The notes under the pieces were generated by a model that saw only the letters and a list, made by a program, of their open reading frames with translations, had not been told where the DNA came from and made no database searches. Made by a program: the position numbers and the translations under genes. A stretch of DNA of 64,000 nucleotides from assembly GCA_965216875.1 (NCBI GenBank), contig OZ244207.1:6304001-6368000 (forward strand). Direction: 5' to 3'. The DNA comes from Rubripirellula sp. GTDB lineage: Bacteria > Planctomycetota > Planctomycetia > Pirellulales > Pirellulaceae. Numbering within the stretch: the stretch's first letter is position 1; the number at the start of each line of letters is the position of its first letter. This document shows, one piece after another, positions 28,655 through 38,579 of the stretch.

Positions 28655-30337
28655 ATGAGCGATATTCTGCTCTATTATCGGCGCCCCGATCCGACGACAT
28701 GGGTTTATATGTCGTCGTTCTTAACGATTGGCTTGTACTTCGTGTTCCACCGTTTTTGGAGCATGAGGAACCTCGATATCGTGCTTTTGATCTTGCTCGC
28801 GCCCGGCATGTTGATGGTGCACGAGGGACGCCGCCAATGGGTGCTCGAGGCTGAAAAGAAGGACGCCGTCGCTGCTCAGCGTTCGCAGACTCCCGTGCCG
28901 GACGATGATCGAACGCAAAATGGGGAAGATGACCAAGCGGGCAAGAATAGGCCTAGCTCAAAGGTCCTCGTCGCATTTCATCAAGACGCTTCCGATGACG
29001 ATCTCCAACAGGGGGAGTCGCCCAAAGCGGCTGACGCTCAACCGTCTGGCGACGATGATTCAAAAGATGATGCCAACGACGAGTCAAACGACGAGTCGAT
29101 GGATGCCGAAGCACCTGGCACCGACGCAGCCGAAGGCGATGGAGCAGATGTTGCGGTGACGGATCCGAACATTGTAGGCGCCGACGACGAAGTGACACCT
29201 TTGTCGGATTCGGGGTACACCGCTTCAGAAATCCAACGGCTGGGATTCATCACCTTGTTTGTGGTTCAAGCTCTCATTCTGATTCGCTTGATGCTTGATC
29301 CGTTGAAGACGCGCCGACCGTTGCTCGATCCCAACCTGTCGATCGGCGGCTTGAACTTCATCGGAATCTCGATGTTCATCTTCATGATGGCCAACGTGGT
29401 GGCGAGCAACCCTCGGTTGCAGGCGACGCAGGGTCCCCAGCTTGGACCAGGCTATGCCTTGATGAACATGCTGCCGGCAATCCCAACGCGTCCGGTAAGT
29501 GATGCACTTGGAAGTGCGGCACCGCCAACCGAGGGCGAGTTGACCTCATCGCAAGCACGGCTTGCGATGATCGCCAAAGTCCTTGCGATCGTCGCCCAAA
29601 TGGCGGTCGTGACTGGAATCGTGCTGATTGGCAATCGACACTTCGGGAACCTTCGCGCTGGAGTTGGTTGCGCGACGCTGTATCTGATGATGCCCTATAC
29701 GGCACAGATGACCGGCCGCGTTGACCATGCGGTTCCAGCTGCGCTTTTGGTTTGGGCGCTGCTGCTTTATCGCAAACCCATTTTGGCGGGCAGCTTTTTC
29801 GGTTTGGCTGGCGGCTTGGTCTATTACCCATTATTCCTGCTGCCACTTTGGGTCAGCTTTTATTGGAAGCGTGGTGCGGGTCGCTTCGCAACTGGCGTGG
29901 CGGTGATGTTGGCCGTGTTGATGGTGCTGCTGTCACTCGCGGGAACCGATACGCTTGTCGAACATTTACGTTTGATGTTTGGCTTGTTCTCACCCTTCAA
30001 GGAGGCGAGTGAGCTGCGCGGGTTCTGGCAATTGGGGCTCAATCCAATATGGCGGCTTCCGGTGATTGTCGGATTCGTCATCTTGAGTATGTTCTTTGCG
30101 GTTTGGCCGGCTCAGAAGAATCTGGGAACCTTGCTGAGTGGTTCCGCCGCCGTGATGGTGGCTGCTCAATTTTGGCATGGCTATGGTGGCGGGCTTTACA
30201 TCGCTTGGTTCTTGCCGTTCTTGTTGCTCACGATCTTTCGTCCCAACTTGGAAGATCGTGTCGCGATCAAAGTGGTCGATGAATCAAGATCAGGGAATTC
30301 ATCAAGAGAATCGCGGCTGGAGGCCGAAGCGGCTTGA
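28655..30337 (+). CDS. Polytopic membrane protein, possibly GT-C-fold (GT87-like) glycosyltransferase, with an acidic disordered insert
   Basis: About 11 hydrophobic segments; YLMMPY..RVDHAVP, YYPLFLLPLW, YIAWFLP; D/E-rich loop at about aa 65-185. Confidence 0.65.
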   Translation: MSDILLYYRRPDPTTWVYMSSFLTIGLYFVFHRFWSMRNLDIVLLILLAPGMLMVHEGRRQWVLEAEKKDAVAAQRSQTPVPDDDRTQNGEDDQAGKNRPSSKVLVAFHQDASDDDLQQGESPKAADAQPSGDDDSKDDANDESNDESMDAEAPGTDAAEGDGADVAVTDPNIVGADDEVTPLSDSGYTASEIQRLGFITLFVVQALILIRLMLDPLKTRRPLLDPNLSIGGLNFIGISMFIFMMANVVASNPRLQATQGPQLGPGYALMNMLPAIPTRPVSDALGSAAPPTEGELTSSQARLAMIAKVLAIVAQMAVVTGIVLIGNRHFGNLRAGVGCATLYLMMPYTAQMTGRVDHAVPAALLVWALLLYRKPILAGSFFGLAGGLVYYPLFLLPLWVSFYWKRGAGRFATGVAVMLAVLMVLLSLAGTDTLVEHLRLMFGLFSPFKEASELRGFWQLGLNPIWRLPVIVGFVILSMFFAVWPAQKNLGTLLSGSAAVMVAAQFWHGYGGGLYIAWFLPFLLLTIFRPNLEDRVAIKVVDESRSGNSSRESRLEAEAA

Positions 30338-32286
30338 CCAACGAAACTTCCGCAAGGGAATCCGAGCTGGGAGATGCATCCCAGGCACTCGCACGCTACC
30401 GCGAACACCTTCAAACGATTGCCAACGAACGCGACCAGTTGAAGGCCAAGGATCGCAAGTTTGGCGTTGTTCGCGTGATCCTGTTCTTCGCAGCAATCGT
30501 TTGCTGGATTGTCGGCATCTACGAAGACGGACCAGGTTGGATCGGCACCGGTGCGATCGTACTGTTTCTGATCGTCGTGATCGTCAATGAACCGATTCGC
30601 GAACGCCTGGAAGAACTGCGAAAACATCGAAGTGTGATTCGGCGGTTGATCGCACGGCTGGAACGCGACTGGGATCGATTGGCAACCAAACAACTCGCCA
30701 GGCAACTTGCCGAGGTCCCGCTTCCAGATCATCGTCGCGACGTTGCCGACGATTTAGATTTGCTCGGGCGCGCGTCGTTGTTTCACCTAGTGTCGATGAG
30801 CTTCACGATGCCCGGGATCCGCACGCTCGCCGGTTGGCTAGCCGGTCCTGCGGTCGCGGAGGTCGCTCGCGAGCGATCCACGGCGATCGCTGCTCTGGCA
30901 CCGATGAGAGAGGAACGGCTGAGGTTCTATACGTTGTCGCGCGAAGTCGGTGACAGCAGCGGTGACCCGGATCAATTCACCGACTGGGCCATTGGCGAGG
31001 CGTGGCTACCAGGAAGGAAGTGGTTGGTGACTTGGTCGCATGTCACCACCGGCTTGTCGGCTTTGCTCGTCGTGGCATTCGTCGTCGGGATCATTGGGAT
31101 CGTGCCAACCTTCGTGCTCAAGTACAGCTTGATTGCGATGGGCGCGTTGATCGCAATCAACATGCTGATCACCACAGCCTTTCTCGCACCGGCGCACGCA
31201 ATCTTTTCGATTGCCATGCACAACCGACGAGCGGTCGACAATTATGAGGAGATCTTTTCGGCGGCCGGGTGGATTCCACAAGCATCCGATGGCCCGCTGA
31301 CCAGAATCCGAGACACGCTGCTTAACGGACCGACCTCTGCCGTCGAAGGCATGCGAGCACTTCGGAAAGTGGCTGGCGCGGGCGGGCTACGACAATCTGC
31401 GGCAACGTTTCTGATTTACCTGCCCCTGCAAGCGCTCATGCTTTGGGATGTCCGCGTTCTAAAACGTCTCGAAGATTGGCAAGAGATCTATCGCGAACAT
31501 GTTGGTGGTTGGTTTTCGGCACTCGGCGAATTGGAAGCCTTGCTTTCGCTGGCCGCATTACGTGATGAATACCCTGGATGGGCGCAGCCGTCGTGGCAAA
31601 CGGGTGACGATTCGATCGTATTGGAAGCGACTTCCATCGGTCACCCACTGCTGCACGATGGCGCGCGCGTTTGCAACGATGTCTCCATGGGGCCGCCAGG
31701 GACGATGTTGTTGGTCACCGGCAGCAACATGTCCGGCAAGAGCACGATGCTCCGCAGCGTCGGATTGAATGTCGCGTTGGCGGGGGCCGGGGCACCCGTG
31801 TGTGCCAAGACGTTCCAACTTCCTTCGGTCGAGTTGGCAACCAGTATTCGCGTCAGCGATAACCTGAGTGAGGGTGTTTCGTTCTACATGGCGGAACTGA
31901 AACGGCTCAAGAGTGTTGTCCAGCACGCCCAAGAGATGTCCAAGGCCGAAGATCGCGTTTGCTTGTTCCTGTTGGACGAAATCTTGCAGGGGACCAACAG
32001 TCGCGAACGTCAAATCGCCGTGGTTCAGGTCCTCGGCCACCTGATGCAAAGCAACGCGATCGGTGCAATCAGCACTCACGACCTGGAATTGGCTGACGAG
32101 CCCGAACTACAATCGATCGCCACCGCCGTGCATTTCCGCGAGACGATTCGCCCCGATGCGGATGGGAACGAACAAATGACGTTCGACTACAAAATGCACC
32201 AAGGTGTTTCGCCTACCACCAACGCCCTCCGCTTGCTTGAGATTGTCGGACTGGGCCAAGACGACACAGGTCAAACCGAAGAATGA
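30334..32286 (+). CDS. Membrane-anchored MutS-related ATPase (domain V, no mismatch-binding domain)
   Basis: GHPLL, TGSNMSGKST, VSFYMAELKR, LLDEILQGTN, STHDLEL; two pairs of TM helices. Confidence 0.9.
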   Translation: MTNETSARESELGDASQALARYREHLQTIANERDQLKAKDRKFGVVRVILFFAAIVCWIVGIYEDGPGWIGTGAIVLFLIVVIVNEPIRERLEELRKHRSVIRRLIARLERDWDRLATKQLARQLAEVPLPDHRRDVADDLDLLGRASLFHLVSMSFTMPGIRTLAGWLAGPAVAEVARERSTAIAALAPMREERLRFYTLSREVGDSSGDPDQFTDWAIGEAWLPGRKWLVTWSHVTTGLSALLVVAFVVGIIGIVPTFVLKYSLIAMGALIAINMLITTAFLAPAHAIFSIAMHNRRAVDNYEEIFSAAGWIPQASDGPLTRIRDTLLNGPTSAVEGMRALRKVAGAGGLRQSAATFLIYLPLQALMLWDVRVLKRLEDWQEIYREHVGGWFSALGELEALLSLAALRDEYPGWAQPSWQTGDDSIVLEATSIGHPLLHDGARVCNDVSMGPPGTMLLVTGSNMSGKSTMLRSVGLNVALAGAGAPVCAKTFQLPSVELATSIRVSDNLSEGVSFYMAELKRLKSVVQHAQEMSKAEDRVCLFLLDEILQGTNSRERQIAVVQVLGHLMQSNAIGAISTHDLELADEPELQSIATAVHFRETIRPDADGNEQMTFDYKMHQGVSPTTNALRLLEIVGLGQDDTGQTEE

Positions 32287-33527
32287 ACGCCAGTCAATCG
32301 TCGAAACGAACCCTCCGTTTTGTTTCGATGGTCGCATTCCTGACGTTGGTTTGCTCGGCGAACGTTGTTCTTTCCGATGACCCAAAAGATGCCAGTGTGG
32401 TTGTCGTTCGCGAGCAGCTTTCATTGGGCGCATCGGGGTCTTTGGTGGAAACGCTGCAGCGGACATTGAACGCGCGCTTGGTCCCCTCACCCCAACTGTC
32501 GATTGATGGTGACTTTGGACCGAACACCCAAGCGGCGGTGGTTCGATTCCAGCGATCAAACAAACTTGAAGCCAGCGGCGTGGTCAGTCAGGCGACTTGG
32601 GATGCACTGGGCACGCTGATCGAAAAAGACGATCCAGTTGCCGATCCGTCCGTGGTCAATGCAGAGGTGCTTCCCACGCAGCCCGCCGACCCGCTTGATG
32701 GGCCACCCTATGTGACGTGCAAAGCATGGGTGATCGCGGACGGTGAATCGGGAAAAGTACTGTGGCAGCACCGTGCATCAAAACCGCTGCCGATGGCCAG
32801 CACGACGAAGATCATGACCGCTGTGGTTGTTTTGCGTCTCGCAGAATCGGATCCCTCGATACTCGATGAAAGGGTCACCTTTTCCGAGCGCGCTGACAGC
32901 ACGATCGGTTCGACCTGTCGGGTGCGAGCCGGCGAATCATTGTCCGCCGGTGAGTTGCTCTATGGGTTGATGTTGCCTTCGGGAAACGATGCGAGTGTCG
33001 CGCTGGCCGAGCATTTTGGCGATCGAGTTGCACCTGCTGATTCCGTTGAAACGGACGCCTATTCGAAGTTCGTTCAGGCGATGAATGAAGAAGCATCGAG
33101 GTTGGGATTGGAAGCGAGCGCGTTTAAGAACCCGAACGGATTGACCGAAGAGGCACATCATGCCAGCGCGAGCGACCTCGCCAAGCTCGCTTACCACGCG
33201 CTTCAAGATTCGAGGTTTCGAAGAATCGTTTCGACGCGTCAACGTGGTTGTGCGGTGGTCAATTCCGAGGGAGCGACACGCAACCTGATTTGGAAAAACA
33301 CCAATCGCCTGCTCGGTATCGACGGATTCGACGGCGTCAAAACGGGCACAACTTCGGCGGCGGGCGCTTGCTTGGTTTCAAGAGGTTCTCGTGACGGCAA
33401 ATCGTTGATCGTGGTCGTTCTCGGATCCGCCACTTCGGATGCTCGCTACGTCGATGTCAAAAACTTGTATCGTTTCGGTTTCACCAAGCAAGGGACCGAA
33501 GGGATTCCTGGCGCGGGATCTCGATAA
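32283..33527 (+). CDS. D-alanyl-D-alanine carboxypeptidase (S11) with N-terminal peptidoglycan-binding domain
   Basis: Signal peptide; DGDFGPNTQAAVVRFQ (PG-binding); SxxK ASTTK, SGN and KTG motifs. Confidence 0.92.
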   Translation: MNASQSSKRTLRFVSMVAFLTLVCSANVVLSDDPKDASVVVVREQLSLGASGSLVETLQRTLNARLVPSPQLSIDGDFGPNTQAAVVRFQRSNKLEASGVVSQATWDALGTLIEKDDPVADPSVVNAEVLPTQPADPLDGPPYVTCKAWVIADGESGKVLWQHRASKPLPMASTTKIMTAVVVLRLAESDPSILDERVTFSERADSTIGSTCRVRAGESLSAGELLYGLMLPSGNDASVALAEHFGDRVAPADSVETDAYSKFVQAMNEEASRLGLEASAFKNPNGLTEEAHHASASDLAKLAYHALQDSRFRRIVSTRQRGCAVVNSEGATRNLIWKNTNRLLGIDGFDGVKTGTTSAAGACLVSRGSRDGKSLIVVVLGSATSDARYVDVKNLYRFGFTKQGTEGIPGAGSR

Positions 33528-33557
33528 CCTCACTTCCCTTCTTTGTGGTCGACCTGA

Positions 33558-35246
33558 TTGATGGAACATCCCTACGGCCTGTTCAGCATCGCGCCTCCCT
33601 TGGTAGCGATATTCCTTGCGATCGTGACGCGGCGACCAATCGTATCGTTGATCGCGGGACTCTTCTTCGGCGCCTTGGTGACAACGGGCGGCGATCCATT
33701 GGCTGCGACTGCGGACCTTCTCGAAATCCACCTTTGGCCAACACTGATTGATCCCGGCAAGATGCGCGTCTTTGCCTTCACGTTGTTGATGGCAGGGATG
33801 ATCGGAGTGATCAGCCGCAGCGGAGGGATGCAGGGGCTCATCCAGTTGATAGCGCCGCTTGCGAAGACTCGCCGAGGCGGCCAGTTGACGACATGGTTCG
33901 CTGGTTTGGTTGTTTTCTTTGACGACTACGCCAACACGATTTTGCTCGGCAGTACGCTGCGACCGCTAACCGACCGTTTGAAAATCTCGCGAGAAAAGCT
34001 CGCCTACTTGGTCGATTCAACGGCCGCGCCCGTGGCAAGTCTGGCATTGCTTTCGACCTGGATCGCCGTCGAAGTTGACTACATCGGCGAAGGGATCGGC
34101 AAGGTCGACGAAGGTTCGGGACTCAAGCCGATGGAGTTGTTCATCGCCAGCATTCCCTACCGGTTTTATGCGCTGATGGCGTTGGTGATGGTTCCGTTGA
34201 TCGCTTTTTCCGGTCGCGATTTTGGACCGATGTTACGCAAAGAACGAGAAAGCCTCGGCACAGCGCCCGGTAAGCTTGATGCGCAGCCTATGGAGGATGA
34301 TGCAAGCGAGGAGGACGCGAACGCGACGTTCGATCCATCCAAGGCACGTTGGTACAACGCAGCGGCGCCGATTGCGATGACGTTGGCGGTGGTGATGTGG
34401 TTGCTGTACATCACCGGCAAGCAGTCACTGGGCGACGTCGAATCGCCCAAGCTGCGTGAGATCCTAGGTGCGGCCGATTCCAGCTTGGCTTTGCAGTATG
34501 GATCACTCGCCGGTCTGATCCTTGCGGGCGGTTTGGCAATCTTTCAGAAAATTTTGGATGGCCCGGGAGTGATCGCTGCAACCGGAAAGGGGATGAAGGT
34601 CGTGCTGCCCGCGATTGCCATCCTGTGGTGTGCCTCGGCTCTTTCACGGATGACCGGCAGCAAGTCGGTCGATGGCGTCAAGAGCGAGAGTAGCGAGAGT
34701 TACGAGTTCCAGGACCACCGTCTCTATGCGGGACGTTATCTGAAAAACGTCGTCATCCCTTCCGAAGAAGACTTGGAAACGAACAAGAATCCTCGCATTG
34801 TGAAAATGATGCCAACGATTGTGTTTGTCCTTGCAGCCGTGCTCGCGTTTTCGACGGGAACAAGTTTTGGCACGATGGGTTTGTTGATGCCCACCGCGAT
34901 CTCGGTGACCTATCAATTGCTTGAGGCAACAGGTGGCGGCGCGGTTGATCCGAACCACCCAATCCTGCTTGGTTGCGTCGCAAGTGTGTTATCGGGCGCC
35001 GTATTTGGCGACCACTGCTCGCCGATTTCTGACACGACCATCTTGTCGTCCCAAGCTTGTCGCTGTGACCACATTTCACACGTTGTCACGCAAATGCCCT
35101 ACGCCGTCGTTGTCGGATTCGTTTCGATTGGTTTGGGCACGATCCCGCTTGGATTCGGAGTTTCACTGGCGATTCTGTTGCCAATTCAAATCGCTGCTCT
35201 GGTCGCGATTGTGATGCTGTTTGGAAAAAAGGTGGTCGCGGAATGA
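33558..35246 (+). CDS. NhaC-family Na+/H+ antiporter or amino-acid transporter
   Basis: FFDDYAN, SREKLAYLVDSTAAP, TGTSFGT, FGDHCSPISDTT, HVVTQMPY. Confidence 0.9.
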   Translation: MMEHPYGLFSIAPPLVAIFLAIVTRRPIVSLIAGLFFGALVTTGGDPLAATADLLEIHLWPTLIDPGKMRVFAFTLLMAGMIGVISRSGGMQGLIQLIAPLAKTRRGGQLTTWFAGLVVFFDDYANTILLGSTLRPLTDRLKISREKLAYLVDSTAAPVASLALLSTWIAVEVDYIGEGIGKVDEGSGLKPMELFIASIPYRFYALMALVMVPLIAFSGRDFGPMLRKERESLGTAPGKLDAQPMEDDASEEDANATFDPSKARWYNAAAPIAMTLAVVMWLLYITGKQSLGDVESPKLREILGAADSSLALQYGSLAGLILAGGLAIFQKILDGPGVIAATGKGMKVVLPAIAILWCASALSRMTGSKSVDGVKSESSESYEFQDHRLYAGRYLKNVVIPSEEDLETNKNPRIVKMMPTIVFVLAAVLAFSTGTSFGTMGLLMPTAISVTYQLLEATGGGAVDPNHPILLGCVASVLSGAVFGDHCSPISDTTILSSQACRCDHISHVVTQMPYAVVVGFVSIGLGTIPLGFGVSLAILLPIQIAALVAIVMLFGKKVVAE

Positions 35247-35305
35247 TGTGATCCAGAGAGTTGGGAATGCGAAGCACGAGCGGCTCGTGCGACGGTACCA
35301 ACAAT

Positions 35306-35412
35306 CACCCTCACGCTTGCGGGAGGGTCGGACGCAAAGTCCGGGGAGGGAACGACCTTAAAAGAACAAACCCTCTCCGGGTCTTCGAGCCCGACTCTCC
35401 CAGGGGAGAGTG
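35306..35412. repeat. GC-rich inverted-repeat element (CCCTC../..GAGGG type)
   Basis: caccctc..gggagggtcgg..ccggggaggg and ccctctccgg..ccgactctccc..ggagagtg; between convergent genes. Confidence 0.7.
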
Positions 35413-35458
35413 TTTTTAAGAGACGCAGTATCGCTATCGCCTTGCCGCTTATGCGCGG

Positions 35459-37165
35459 CTAGTCGGTCGTCGCACCAACTTTGCCGAGGACTCTTGGATC
35501 GGAAACGCCTTGCAAACGTCCTTGCGCGTCACGCGCGATCGCTTGAGTTACCCCGGCTGCTTCAATCGTTTTCACGGTGTGGCCGACGTCCTTCATCGCT
35601 TTGATGAATGACTTGTCATTGGTCGCTTCGATGTAAAGTTGGTCGGGACGCCATTGATGGTGGAAACGCGGTGCGGTAACAGATTCCCTGAGTGTGTGTC
35701 CGTACTCGAGGTGGCGAATGATTCCAAGCAACACTTGAGTGATGATTTTGGGGCCGCCCGCGGCACCGATGGTCATGACTGGCTGGCCGCGTTGGTCGAG
35801 AACGATGGTGGGTGACATGGACGAGAGTGGGCGTTTGCCGGGGGCGATCGCGTTGTTGGAGGCGCCGACAAGACCGAATGCGTTGGGCACACCGGGCTGA
35901 GCGGAAAAGTCGTCCATTTCGTTGTTCAATACCACTCCCGTTCCGGGCACGACAACCTTGGAGCCATAATGAGTGTTGATCGTCGCAGTGATCGCTACCC
36001 AATAGCCTTCTTCGTCGGCCGCGGCGATGTGCGTGGTGTGACGCCCGAACTTGCCCGCTTCGAAATCGGCTGGTTCGCCATGTCCGGCCACGTTGGTCGA
36101 GCGGTCCCGTTGGATGCCTTTCGCCAGCGATTGGGCGTAGGCTTTGTTGATCAATCCTTTTGGTACATCAACAAAGTCGGCATCGCCGAGCCAGTGGGCG
36201 CGGTCGGCAAAGGCAAGTTTCATCGCTTCGGCGATCACGTGCGCCGCTTGATTCGGATCGTTTCGATGGATCGTTGCGATGTCAAACGATTCCAAAATGT
36301 TCAACATCTGAGCCACATGGACGCCGCCCGAACTTGGTGGCGGGAACCCGACGACTTTCCAATCGCGATAGGTGGTGACGATCGGCTCACGACGGACAGC
36401 GTTGTACGCGGCAAAATCGTCTGCGGCCAGAATGCCACCATGGTTCTGCATCCAGCCGCCGACCCGCTTTGCAAACGGACCTTCGTAGAACCAATCGGTT
36501 CCGTGACTGGCGATGGCTCGGTAGGTCGCAGCCAAATCAGCTTGCTTGAGTGTTTCGCCCTCGCGATAGGGTTGGCCATCCGCTTTCAAGAAAATCGCTT
36601 TCGATCCTGCGAAGCGTGCGAGGTCTCGCGCTTTTGCGTTTAGGTTTCGCGCGTAGACTCGATCGAGTCGAAAACCGTTCTCGGCGATGTCGGCTGCAGG
36701 GGAAAGCAAGTCTGCAAGCGCGAGGTTCCCAGCGTCTTGAATCGCCATTTCGTAGGCGGCCAGTGCGCCGGGAACACCGACCGCAAGCGGACCAAGCGTG
36801 CTTTGTTTTGGATCGGCTTTTCCATTGCGAAGGTACATGTCGGCGGTCGCGGCCGCGGGTGCTGTTTCGCGGCCATCAATCGCGATCAATCGGGCCGGTT
36901 CATCGGGGCCCTTTGCCGGAACGCGGATCAGGATGAAGCAGCCACCACCGATTCCTGAATTGTGCGTGTCGACCACACCAAGAGTGAGGGCGGTGGCGAC
37001 GGCGGCATCGACAGCGTTGCCGCCCTTTTGCAGCGCAGCGATGCCAGCATCGGTTGCGAGCGGATGAACACTGGCAACCATCCCGCGACCAGGATCCGCA
37101 GCCAGGGTTGACGTCGTGGCTGTCACCAGCGCGATGGCGACAAGACACAGAATTCGAACGAACAT
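35459..37165 (-). CDS. ggt: Gamma-glutamyltranspeptidase
   Basis: GGNAVDAAVA, SGIGGG, DGRETAP, autoprocessing HTTH, LNNEMDDF, PGKRPLSSMSP. Confidence 0.96.
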   Translation of the reverse strand: MFVRILCLVAIALVTATTSTLAADPGRGMVASVHPLATDAGIAALQKGGNAVDAAVATALTLGVVDTHNSGIGGGCFILIRVPAKGPDEPARLIAIDGRETAPAAATADMYLRNGKADPKQSTLGPLAVGVPGALAAYEMAIQDAGNLALADLLSPAADIAENGFRLDRVYARNLNAKARDLARFAGSKAIFLKADGQPYREGETLKQADLAATYRAIASHGTDWFYEGPFAKRVGGWMQNHGGILAADDFAAYNAVRREPIVTTYRDWKVVGFPPPSSGGVHVAQMLNILESFDIATIHRNDPNQAAHVIAEAMKLAFADRAHWLGDADFVDVPKGLINKAYAQSLAKGIQRDRSTNVAGHGEPADFEAGKFGRHTTHIAAADEEGYWVAITATINTHYGSKVVVPGTGVVLNNEMDDFSAQPGVPNAFGLVGASNNAIAPGKRPLSSMSPTIVLDQRGQPVMTIGAAGGPKIITQVLLGIIRHLEYGHTLRESVTAPRFHHQWRPDQLYIEATNDKSFIKAMKDVGHTVKTIEAAGVTQAIARDAQGRLQGVSDPRVLGKVGATTD

Positions 37166-37237
37166 GATGGCGAGCGTCCAAAAAAGTCAGTGATGAAACT
37201 CAGCCATCACTGTACTCGGTTCTCGCCTGCTGCGTTT

Positions 37238-37410
37238 GTAGCGCCCTTCGCCAGAAGGTGGTTGTCTCACCTCAAGGCGTGAGCCGAACGCGCTAGATAG
37301 CGTCGGGCCTCGCACGCGTTTGCGCGCCTCACAAGGCACGAAGCTAGCGCGTTCGGCTCATGAGGTATCGAGCTGGTTGCAGGTTCCGGCTGAAGCTCGG
37401 TACTACAAAC
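37238..37410. repeat. REP mosaic: B half, C inverted doublet, A half
   Basis: gtagcgcccttcgccagaaggtgg; cgtgagccgaacgcgctag ... gctagcgcgttcggctcatg; ttccggctgaagctcggtactacaaac. Confidence 0.85.
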
Positions 37411-37421
37411 TGGCGAGCGGG

Positions 37422-38465
37422 TCAGTCGGGGCGACCGTTGATGCAATCGATTAACATGCGTAATCGGCCGAGCGATCTTCGATTGAATTGGAAAACCAAT
37501 CGTGGCAGGTGTGCCAAATCGGGTTCGCCACTCTCTTCGGCCAACGCGTCACGCTGCTCGAATTGGCCTTCGACCAGAATGTCGGCAAACTTGTCTTGGA
37601 TTCGATCGAGGTGTTCGTCGCTTAGCTTCTCTTTCAGTCTCAGCACCAGTTGGTCACGCACGTAGCGCATGCTGTGGTAGACCTTGTAAAAGCCGAGCGT
37701 TTCTTCGATGGCTTCGTCGACAGAATTGGTGATCTTGTACAGTCGCACGTCTTCGGGAGAAATCATCCCTCCAGCGAGCAGTTGTTTGTCCATGAACGCA
37801 CCCAGGTCTTTCCAATAGGAACCTTCGGGGTGATCCAGCAGCACCAACGGAATCATGGTCTGTTTGCCGGTTTGCATGAGCGTCAACGTTTCTAGCGCTT
37901 CATCGAGCGTTCCGAAACCGCCTGGTAGACAGACCACGCCGCTGCATTCTTTGACGAACATCAACTTGCGCGTAAAGAAGTACTTCATCGTGACGAGTTT
38001 TGCATCGCCATCGATGTATTCGTTCGCGCTCTGTTCGAAGGGAAGCATGATGTTCAAGCCCATCGATGCTTCGCGTCCAGCCCCTTTGTGCCCTGCTTCC
38101 ATGATGCCGCCGCCAGCGCCGGTGATCACCATCCAGCCGTGTTTGGCCATCTTGTTGCCAAGGTCAACCGCGCTGAGGTATTCGGGGTGATCGGGTTGTG
38201 TGCGTGCCGAACCAAAGATGGTCAGCTTGCGTCGTCGGCGAAAGGGTCGAAAGACGGTAAAGGCGTACCGTAGTTCTCGCAGTGTTCGCGAGAGGATTTT
38301 AAGGTCACCGCGGGCCGTTTGGTCCTTTTCCATACGGTCGATGGTGTGTCGCATGACCTCGTAAAGGTCTTGCGAATCGACCGGAGAGATCGGTTCATCG
38401 GCTGGTTGCGGGCGTTCGATTTCATCTTCGCCGATGGCTTCGATCGGCAGATCGTCCTGGTGCAT
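37422..38465 (-). CDS. LOG family nucleotide-monophosphate nucleosidase (long form)
   Basis: IFGSAR, TGAGGGIMEA, YFFTRKLMF, PGGFGTLDE. Confidence 0.92.
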   Translation of the reverse strand: MHQDDLPIEAIGEDEIERPQPADEPISPVDSQDLYEVMRHTIDRMEKDQTARGDLKILSRTLRELRYAFTVFRPFRRRRKLTIFGSARTQPDHPEYLSAVDLGNKMAKHGWMVITGAGGGIMEAGHKGAGREASMGLNIMLPFEQSANEYIDGDAKLVTMKYFFTRKLMFVKECSGVVCLPGGFGTLDEALETLTLMQTGKQTMIPLVLLDHPEGSYWKDLGAFMDKQLLAGGMISPEDVRLYKITNSVDEAIEETLGFYKVYHSMRYVRDQLVLRLKEKLSDEHLDRIQDKFADILVEGQFEQRDALAEESGEPDLAHLPRLVFQFNRRSLGRLRMLIDCINGRPD

Positions 38466-38579
38466 TCCACATGATCCTTCTTGCAGGGTGATGGCTGCAC
38501 CGAAATCGTTTGGGCCCCTTCAGCGATCACCAATGATGTGTGATCGCCGCTCAAATCCCGCCGATGTCGCGGCAGCCGT

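Noticed and set aside
30334..32286. Calling this gene canonical mutS partnered with mutL at 59699
   Set aside because: It lacks the mismatch-binding domain, has TM helices, and lies 27 kb from mutL.
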